From: a virus
Taxonomy: Duplodnaviria; Caudoviricetes
Length of the DNA: 64,000 nucleotides
Direction: 5' to 3' (one strand)
IMG/VR virus record: IMGVR_UViG_3300023218_000003
Coordinates: 1 to 64,000 of that record
Below, piece by piece: positions 57,801-64,000 of this stretch. The translations under genes and the position numbers were made by a program. The first letter of the stretch is position 1. The number at the start of each line of letters is the position of its first letter. The notes beneath the pieces were generated by a model. That model was not told the origin of the DNA and did no database searches. It saw only the letters and a list, made by a program, of their open reading frames with translations.

Positions 57801-58728
57801 CGATTCGAACGCAAGCGTCACTGATTACATTCACAGCGACGTCACGATCACTGGACTTGTCGGAGGCACGTCGTCTGATCTTGATTCGATTGCGACGACT
57901 TCGAAGTCTGCTGGCTATCGTCAAGCGGTCGTCGGCACTGACGGTCGACTTTACACATACGAACTGCAAGCGTCGCCGACACTTCCGACGACGACGATCA
58001 CAAGCGTCAGCACGGGCAGCAACACTGTCGATGTCGGCACGACGACTGAACCGATTCCCGGTCAGCGTTTCTTGCTGTCGACGACGAACACGCTTCCCGG
58101 TGGAACGAATGATTCGACGCTGTATTTCGTGAAGTCGTTCAACCCTGTCGGGAACGACATGTCGTTCAGCACTACGCGCGGCGGCAGTGCAGTGAACATC
58201 ACTTCAAGCGGAACAGGAACACACACGATCACATGGGTCGACACGCCGTTCACTGTGCTTCCCGAAGACTACGACAGCGGCACGAACGACAAAGCGTGGG
58301 TGCTTGTTTCTCCCGTCTTCAACATGTCGTTCGAAGTCATCGGGCCGACGACTGATCATTCGACTGGATACTTCGTCATGCCGGGAACGTGCAATCATCT
58401 GAAGATCGACGACGTGCAGATGTATGTTCAGAGTCTGCCAAGCGGCAGCGGAAGCGGCACGCTGACATGGGACATGCGATCGAATTCAGAAGAAAACGTC
58501 GCGGGCAGCAATCACAGTCGACTGTTCAGTTCGACTGGCGCGCAGTCGTCGCTGATTCGTCGTGCAGTGCGCGACGATAGCGAATCGTTTCGTGCTTCGA
58601 ACAGATTCATCCCGCGACAGAACGTGCTTGATCTGTATATTTCAAACACTGGTGCGGGCGTCAGCGGCACGACTGCTGGCAAAGGCGCGATCATCACTGT
58701 CACTGGATGGGAATGCGATCTTGAATAA
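54883..58728 (+). CDS. Large tail fibre / receptor-binding protein with internal repeats
   Basis: About 1280 aa T/S/D/G-rich; three ~110-aa domains and two GGTSSDLDSIATTS repeats. Confidence 0.75.
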   Translation: MSRRMIVYVDGTERRVVESPFTRSTGQIPDMFTGEKITLDVVPLREVEKGSATAYEIDDSYNSDTFKVGVGVVDVPPSSGSYKITYKTDTTIALDYDSTAQQIQDALNDASMTDLLADSPNGVSVTGNFETGYRITWDSTGAVDDFGSDEVNLLPESVVAFTTEREGDTGISEVVMLRLMKKQAGLTTSASSIPTGSMSVSQITAGSRKTREIFDITAVADTAPVAQREEARAVAVGGAFHVATLTTVADSSDSLDGKYFVLYDDEGSVAFWIDTDNSGTTIPSAAALLDRSVEITTIETDDSDGVVADKIATAINNDSKFSATHDGNVVMITYSTIGAHGAAAAGTSGFTAATSTTGASTDNYDGTYFYLTALNADGEEEVHAWYFSQDGTTDPPTAALALDSDLTEITYGTTDTAQEMASTIATSINSNALFSAVASGTEIHITHVNAGDVSDMNEGDSPLTNLSVTENGSDSSLDGKHFIAYETDGEGGEQSRAFWFNISGNASPSGTALTADRTTEITTISSGAKAHEVASAVASAVDALDTFSAVAKGTKINIESSEGYAFTDASAETSGFTVTKIQDGGTGSDASALVEVTFSEQAIGGVYTLSIDTGGGAQTTAGIPWDATPEQIVAELEELPNVAVDDVTVEGALGGDLRIGFRNNLSDTAITVTVDDDGIKWIEGKRFTLDLNTTSAFSLLYGLDELECILEVEATQGSTYTVKLVHAQVTLKNGLIDSTALSPSPQLSWYTQAEVDALIIHHEKTITSLTGGTSSDLDSIATTSLTPERAVFFYDNDNSEYVIYVLKSGTEAESSPDIIRPDDFASSTNEKYWERVDIQPTVITDHGELDGLTDDDHTQYLLVDGSRAGTGVQELLGLNFTDFAVKTVSSGTVTLTQTLTIIAAESGTTDDVATFSAAKGHGDLLVVQADSGDTITIKHGTGNISTTSGEDLTLSGSDLLMFVYDGTNWCEIGDSNASVTDYIHSDVTITGLVGGTSSDLDSIATTSKSAGYRQAVVGTDGRLYTYELQASPTLPTTTITSVSTGSNTVDVGTTTEPIPGQRFLLSTTNTLPGGTNDSTLYFVKSFNPVGNDMSFSTTRGGSAVNITSSGTGTHTITWVDTPFTVLPEDYDSGTNDKAWVLVSPVFNMSFEVIGPTTDHSTGYFVMPGTCNHLKIDDVQMYVQSLPSGSGSGTLTWDMRSNSEENVAGSNHSRLFSSTGAQSSLIRRAVRDDSESFRASNRFIPRQNVLDLYISNTGAGVSGTTAGKGAIITVTGWECDLE

Positions 58729-58736
58729 ATGAATCG

Positions 58737-59657
58737 ATGACGGACATTCTTCGCAATATGGGACGACGCGACGAAGCTGATACAGCAAAAGACAGATTCG
58801 AAAGACCGAAGAAGACGCCGTTGACGGACTGGCTTCCGTATCGCGGCGTCAATCTTCACAAGTCGTGGCAGGGGCCAGACAAAGTGAAGCCGTGGCATCG
58901 ACAAGTCACGATTGCGGTTCCGTTTCTCGACACTAGCGAAACACTCGACACGCTGATCGAATCGTGGCTTCTTCAGACGATCGACGCGAACATCGTCATC
59001 ATCGACACGGGTTCGTCTTCGCGTCACATGGGTCTGCTTGACGAATACGAACGCACTGACCCGCGAATCGAAGTTCATCGTCTTCGATTCAAAGCAGTGA
59101 AGCATCCGTCTGATCCCGTCGCGATCGCGATGGACTTGGCATTCTCGCTGTGTTCGACCGACTATCTGTTCGCGACGCACGCTGACTGCTTTCCCGCACG
59201 ACGCAATCTGATTGAAGACATGATTCAGATTCGTCACGACACGAATGCGCCTGTCGTCGGCTATCAGATCACAGATCGCGAGAACATCAACACGAAGGGA
59301 TGGGTCGGACACACAGCGACGCTGTTCGACATGCAGCAAGCTGATCTTCTGAATCTTGCATGGTCACAGCGCAGATACTGTCATCTGACGGGAATGGATC
59401 ACTTCGGCAACAACAGATGCAACGGCTACCCCGACACAGAATTCTTGATCAACGAACAGCTTGATCGCGCGAACGTGAAACGCGCAATCATCGGCTACGA
59501 ATCGAACTACGTCACAACAGACGACGACAACATTCTTCACGTGCGCAGCTACGGTTCTTCGAAGCTGTATTCAAAGCAGCACTTTCAACGTGCAAACGGT
59601 GACATGGCTGATGCGTTGCGCGTGACGCAGCAGAGAATCAAAGAATGGACATCATGA
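58737..59657 (+). CDS. Family 2 glycosyltransferase
   Basis: VTIAVPFLD..WLLQT..IVIIDTGS..YLFATHADCF. Confidence 0.8.
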   Translation: MTDILRNMGRRDEADTAKDRFERPKKTPLTDWLPYRGVNLHKSWQGPDKVKPWHRQVTIAVPFLDTSETLDTLIESWLLQTIDANIVIIDTGSSSRHMGLLDEYERTDPRIEVHRLRFKAVKHPSDPVAIAMDLAFSLCSTDYLFATHADCFPARRNLIEDMIQIRHDTNAPVVGYQITDRENINTKGWVGHTATLFDMQQADLLNLAWSQRRYCHLTGMDHFGNNRCNGYPDTEFLINEQLDRANVKRAIIGYESNYVTTDDDNILHVRSYGSSKLYSKQHFQRANGDMADALRVTQQRIKEWTS

Positions 59658-60421
59658 AGCACGGAGAAGAAACAGCAGAAGAAATCGAAGCAGCATTCGT
59701 CGGCGTGAACAACGGCGTCGCAGCACTTAGCGAATGCAGACGCACACGACCGACACTGATCAGCGGCACTGGGCGCAGCGGCACGACAGCACTTGCACGC
59801 TGCTTCTTGAATAGCGACGACGTCAAGTTCGTCACGCAAGATGAAACTGACGGCAGCAATCTTGAAGTCGCTGAACTGAACAAAGCACTTGCTGCGCATG
59901 ACAAAGTCGCATGGGCTGAATTCATTCGAAAGTCTTCTGAAGAAGTCGCGCATGATTTCGTCTTCAAGAATCCGCGATTCGAAATCCATGCGTTGCGTGA
60001 AGATTCTGATGACTTCAGTGAAGTGCTTCGCGACTGCAACGTGATCGTGATGACGCGCGATCCGTTTCTTGTCGCGACTCGCGAATGGTCGATTCACGCA
60101 CGTCGAAACGCTGAAGAAAAGGGACGCACATTCGGCGATCACGTGCGCAAGTGCTGCGCTGTTCTTGGGCTTTCGATGAAAGGCGCAATCGAACTGTCGA
60201 AATCGATGGGCGTGCTTCTCGTTTCGTATGAAAAGCTGATCACGCAGCCGCAGCAAGTCGCTGACGAAATCAACGTGTGGTTCGGTCGCGAACGTCTGAC
60301 GAAGAAAGCGATCCCGAAGTCGATCATGCCGAACAACCCGTATTATCTGGAACGTCAGACGCTTGGCTGGATGCGTCAGATGAAAGACATGAAAGAACGT
60401 CGCGCGCGCGGCGAACGCTGA
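59645..60421 (+). CDS. Sulfotransferase-fold protein
   Basis: ISGTGRSGTT 5'-PSB loop, FKNP, IVMTRDP 3'-PB motif, VSYEKL. Confidence 0.75.
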   Translation: MDIMKHGEETAEEIEAAFVGVNNGVAALSECRRTRPTLISGTGRSGTTALARCFLNSDDVKFVTQDETDGSNLEVAELNKALAAHDKVAWAEFIRKSSEEVAHDFVFKNPRFEIHALREDSDDFSEVLRDCNVIVMTRDPFLVATREWSIHARRNAEEKGRTFGDHVRKCCAVLGLSMKGAIELSKSMGVLLVSYEKLITQPQQVADEINVWFGRERLTKKAIPKSIMPNNPYYLERQTLGWMRQMKDMKERRARGER

Positions 60422-60566
60422 CACGTTCGAACGTCTGTCGCCCGCGAATGTATCGCGTGACGTGCCCGACTTCCCTGACGGCTTCTGCGAAGCGCTGTTC
60501 GGCATGAATCGCGATCTGTATCGTCGCATGAACTACGACGCGAAAGTGACTGGACAGATCGAATGA
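60417..60566 (+). pseudogene. Orphan C-terminal coding fragment without a start
   Basis: ..ADTFERLSPANVSRDVPDFPDGFCEALFGMNRDLYRRMNYDAKVTGQIE* in a different frame, joined at (CG)5 60401-60410. Confidence 0.45.
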
Positions 60567-60585
60567 TTCGTCGCAGAATGTCTGC

Positions 60586-60876
60586 ATGGCTGAACAAACT
60601 GATTCGACTTTCGTGATGTCTGACGACAGCACGCACACGTGGCGACCGAAGCGCAGCGGCTTCTATCTGATCGTCGTCGGATCGTCGGGCGGCGCATCCT
60701 TCAATTCGCAATCTGTCACAGTCGCACAGCACGGCGTCGCACTTAGCACGACGCTGACTTCGATCGGCAGCGCAGTTCGCGATCGTGTCTTTCTCCTTGG
60801 TGGGGCCGACGTCACATTCACGCCATCGGGCGCTGTGACGTCGGTCGAATGTCGAATTCACAACGCTGACGACTGA
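60586..60876 (+). CDS. Small late protein
   Basis: Own late promoter-like motif at 60550. Confidence 0.55.
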   Translation: MAEQTDSTFVMSDDSTHTWRPKRSGFYLIVVGSSGGASFNSQSVTVAQHGVALSTTLTSIGSAVRDRVFLLGGADVTFTPSGAVTSVECRIHNADD

Positions 60877-61241
60877 TGCTGAAGAACGGCAAGAACATCG
60901 CTGACGCACGCGGCGTCACGACGTCTGAATTCTGGCTGGTGATCGTCATGATCGTCGCGTCAGTCGTTGGCGAAGCGGGCGATCTTTTCGGCGACAGTCA
61001 CGTCTTCGCGATCGCTGCTGTCGTCGCTGCGCTGATCTACAAGATCGGGCGCTTCGTTCTGAAATACAATCGCAGCAAGCACATCGATGACGTCGACGCG
61101 CTGTCGCAAGAAATCGCCGACACTGTCGACGAACTTGAACTGACGCTTGAAGAACTTCGACTTCAGAAGCGAGAAGAAGACGAAGTGCGTCACGACGAAA
61201 AACTGTCTGCTGGCCCGATCGAAATCCCTGACACGAAATGA
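60876..61241 (+). CDS. Putative holin
   Basis: TTSEFWL plus two TM helices, charged C-terminus, upstream of endolysin. Confidence 0.65.
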   Translation: MLKNGKNIADARGVTTSEFWLVIVMIVASVVGEAGDLFGDSHVFAIAAVVAALIYKIGRFVLKYNRSKHIDDVDALSQEIADTVDELELTLEELRLQKREEDEVRHDEKLSAGPIEIPDTK

Positions 61242-62104
61242 GTCGATTCACCTACTACAAGAACGCGCAGCGATTCAAAGAACGAATCATGCGACTTCAG
61301 CGCGCAGTCGGCGTGACTGACGACGGCATCATCGGGCCGATCACTCTGACTGCATTCGAAGACAAGCTTCTGAAGATCGACGAACTGAAGTCTGACAAAG
61401 TCACGAACGACGACGTCGCGACTGAAGTCGAAGGTGAAATCGACGGCGTCGCGATCAGCAAAGATGCGCTTGATCTGATCGTGCAGTTCGAAACTGGCGG
61501 GAAATCCTACTACGACAGATTCATTCGTCGCCCGTCGTGGCCGGGATATTCTTCGGGCGTCACGATCGGCTTCGGTTACGATCTTGGCTACAACACAAAG
61601 ACGTCGATCGAACGTGACTGGAGTCATGAACTTTCACGCAGCGATGTCGATCGTTTGAAGAACGCTGCGGGCATTCGTGGCAGTTCTGCTTCTGCGCGTG
61701 CGTCTTCTCTGCGCGACATTCAGATTCCGTGGGAAACGGCGCAGCGCGTCTTCTTTGAATCGACGTTGCCGAAGTATGTCGCGCTGACGATTGATCGCGC
61801 TTTCCCTGATGCCGAATTCTTGCACCCGCACGCGCTTGGCGCGCTTGTCAGTCTTGTCTTCAATCGCGGCACTTCGATGTCGGGAAGTCGACGTCGTGAA
61901 ATGCTGACGATTCGAAAACTGATCGAATCGCATGATGAAGGCGATCCGAATCTGTATCATGCGATCGCTGATCAGATTCTGTCGATGCGTCGACTGTGGG
62001 CGCGCAAAAACGGCAAGACTGATCTGTGGGGCCGACGCGCAGCAGAAGCAGAACTTGTGAAGAAGTCGCTGACCGACAGCAATCCCGACGTGTTTCGCGT
62101 CTGA
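61238..62104 (+). CDS. Endolysin: peptidoglycan-binding domain plus lysozyme-like domain
   Basis: LQRAVGV.DDGIIGP.T; FETGG..WPG.SSGVTIG.GYDLG..ALVSLVFNRG..RR.AEA. Confidence 0.85.
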   Translation: MSRFTYYKNAQRFKERIMRLQRAVGVTDDGIIGPITLTAFEDKLLKIDELKSDKVTNDDVATEVEGEIDGVAISKDALDLIVQFETGGKSYYDRFIRRPSWPGYSSGVTIGFGYDLGYNTKTSIERDWSHELSRSDVDRLKNAAGIRGSSASARASSLRDIQIPWETAQRVFFESTLPKYVALTIDRAFPDAEFLHPHALGALVSLVFNRGTSMSGSRRREMLTIRKLIESHDEGDPNLYHAIADQILSMRRLWARKNGKTDLWGRRAAEAELVKKSLTDSNPDVFRV

Positions 62105-62220
62105 TTTCGCGTTGAAAATTTTTTCAAAAATCGTTCGATTCGTGATTGATCAGAACAAGAATGTGCTGTTTTATGGTGGTGAAGCGCAGCATCTGCGCAG
62201 AACATCAAGAACATCACATC

Positions 62221-62385
62221 ATGAAAATCGAATTGAACAACATCGCTGCTGGCACGGGTCTGACGCTGACGTCTGTCCTTTCTGATAGACAGCACGACAA
62301 GAATCGACGACATTTCAAATCAAGCGCGCGTCGTCACACACGGCGCGCGCACGTCATCAACAACAGAAGAACAACGACATCATGA
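62221..62385 (+). pseudogene. Probable chimeric gene remnant
   Basis: MKIELNNIAAGTGLT.. runs into non-coding-like sequence; ADVCPF-TGA-TAG in another frame after CTGACG direct repeat. Confidence 0.35.
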
Positions 62386-64000
62386 ATGAAGAAAACAACC
62401 GCGCGAAGTTCATGCGCGAACTGGAAATTCTGCATTACGCAGGCATCGGAGTCATCTTGATTCGAACACGTGAAGAATCGCGCGCACTGACTGCGATCGA
62501 AGATTTCGCGTTCGAACACGGGCTTCACTTTCGACACTGGAACACACGCGACGGCTGGACGTTCTACGACAACGAAGTCGCGAAGTCTGACGGCAACATC
62601 GACCCTGTCGGCGCGCTGAACGCTGTGCTTGACGTCAGCACGCAAGCTGATCAGCGCAAGCCCATGCCCGAAGGCGTCTACGTGATGAACGATGCGCATT
62701 ACATTCTTGGCAAGAATCCGATGCTGATTCGCGGCATCAAAGAATATTCGAAAGTCTTTTCGAACAACGAATATCGTCTGATCATCACCGTGCCCGAAGG
62801 GTTCGAATGTCCCGAAATGCTGTCGACTGACGTGTCGATTCTTGACTTCGATCTACCGTCGCGCGCTGAACTTGCTGACACACTCGACAAAGCGATTCGC
62901 AGCAGCTTCGTCGACGACAACGGTCAGCCGATGGAATACGAAGAACCCTACGACAACGACGAACGCGATCGCATTCTGAACGCTGCGATCGGCATGACTG
63001 CGATCGAAGCTGAAAGCGCGATGGCGCGCAGCATCGTTCAGAACGAAGCGACGTGGCCCGACACGCCCGTCGACGACTTCGTTCGCGTCATCATGACGAC
63101 GAAGACTGAAGTCATCAAGCGCAGCAACGTGCTTGAACTTCACAGCACGCTGAACCCGTGGAAGCTTGGCGGATTCGATCTGCTGAAGCAGTGGGTGCTG
63201 AAGCGCAAGAAGACGTTCACGCCCGAAGCAGAAGAATTCGGTGCGCGTGCGCCGAAGGGCGTCGGTCTGTTCGGCGTTCCCGGCACGGGCAAGTCGCTTG
63301 CTGCAAAGATCATCGCGCATCTTCTCGGGATGCCGCTGATTCGATTCGACGTCAGTCGCGTCTTCAGCAGTCTTGTCGGCAGCACTGAAGCGCGCGTTCG
63401 CAGTGCGCTGAAGATGATCGAAGCGATGTCACCGTGCGTCGTGTGGGTCGACGAAGTCGACAAAGCAGGACTTGATCAGAACGGCAGCGGCGGCGACAGC
63501 GGCGTCAGCGATCGCGTTCTTCAGTCGCTGCTGACGCACATGGCTGAATCGCAGAAGCAGACGTTCTGGATCTTCACAGCGAATCGCGTTGCGAAGCTTC
63601 CGCCCGAAATGCTGCGCAAAGGTCGACTTGAACAGCTTTTCAACGTCGCGCCGCCGAACAGAACTGAACGTCGTGAAATCATCGACATTCATCTGAAGCT
63701 TCGCAATCACAGCATCGACGACATCGACGACATCGAAGTCGTGATCGACGGCAGCGTCGGCTACGTCGGCGCAGAACTTGAAGCAGCAGTGAACAGCGCG
63801 ATCACTGTTGCGTTCAGTGACGAAGTCGAAGTGACAGGTGAACTGATTCTTGAACAGCTTCGCGAGTCTGTCCCGATTCGTGAAGCATTCGCTGAAGACT
63901 TCGAACAAATGCGCGACTGGGCGCAGAAGAACGCAGCGCCCGTGTCGACGCCTGACGACAGTGAAGATGTCGGCGCGAAGACGATCGGCAACAACAAAAG
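62382..64000 (+). CDS. AAA+ ATPase (Ycf46/SpoVK-like), truncated by window end
   Basis: GVPGTGKS Walker A, VWVDEVDK Walker B, TAN..LPPEMLRKGR. Confidence 0.88.
   Translation, partial: MNEENNRAKFMRELEILHYAGIGVILIRTREESRALTAIEDFAFEHGLHFRHWNTRDGWTFYDNEVAKSDGNIDPVGALNAVLDVSTQADQRKPMPEGVYVMNDAHYILGKNPMLIRGIKEYSKVFSNNEYRLIITVPEGFECPEMLSTDVSILDFDLPSRAELADTLDKAIRSSFVDDNGQPMEYEEPYDNDERDRILNAAIGMTAIEAESAMARSIVQNEATWPDTPVDDFVRVIMTTKTEVIKRSNVLELHSTLNPWKLGGFDLLKQWVLKRKKTFTPEAEEFGARAPKGVGLFGVPGTGKSLAAKIIAHLLGMPLIRFDVSRVFSSLVGSTEARVRSALKMIEAMSPCVVWVDEVDKAGLDQNGSGGDSGVSDRVLQSLLTHMAESQKQTFWIFTANRVAKLPPEMLRKGRLEQLFNVAPPNRTERREIIDIHLKLRNHSIDDIDDIEVVIDGSVGYVGAELEAAVNSAITVAFSDEVEVTGELILEQLRESVPIREAFAEDFEQMRDWAQKNAAPVSTPDDSEDVGAKTIGNNK

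Noticed and set aside
2858-62127. TTGAAAC/GTTTCAA ends resembling CRISPR repeat termini, plus a Cas4-like gene
   Set aside because: Copies are single, kilobases apart, only 16 bp, with no regular spacers; not an array.
1-64000. Genome-wide TAG reassignment (code 15)
   Set aside because: All large conserved genes are intact in code 11, and several TAGs clearly end genes before a new start.
1-64000. Integrase, IS elements, introns/inteins, rRNA, additional tRNAs
   Set aside because: No recognisable motifs; only one TTCGAAT-containing cloverleaf was found.

Overview
A 64-kb segment of a lytic-looking, tailed dsDNA phage (siphovirus-like: HK97-type head, small tail-tube protein, TP901-type tape measure, no sheath or integrase seen). 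Nearly all genes are on the + strand. Order: recombination/replication module (SSB, SF2 helicase, RecA, HNH, resolvase, Cas4-like; 43-7054); accessory genes with RNase H, an ART-like gene and an amber (CUA) tRNA; a sugar/envelope cluster (RmlD-like, hydrolase, SNase, L,D-transpeptidase, methyltransferase, KpsC-like; 15783-20997); packaging and head genes (ParB-GNAT, TerS, TerL, GroES, portal, MuF-metallopeptidase, protease, capsid); tail genes with a -1 frameshift chaperone; a Ser/Thr-rich protein and tail fibre interleaved with two glycosyltransferases and a sulfotransferase; lysis genes; and a truncated AAA+ ATPase. Highlights: a candidate virion glycosylation/sulfation system, a stand-alone amber suppressor tRNA with one plausible TAG read-through target, three dispersed regulatory motif families read directly from the DNA (late promoter-like CTGGACA-N7/8-GAWWCG-NNGCA x11, palindrome TTGAAA-N4-TTTCAA x15, early promoter-like CAAGAAT x9), Shine-Dalgarno-free A/C-rich leaders, and several apparent deletion scars at CGCG tracts. 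All protein assignments come from motif recognition by eye; no database search was run.
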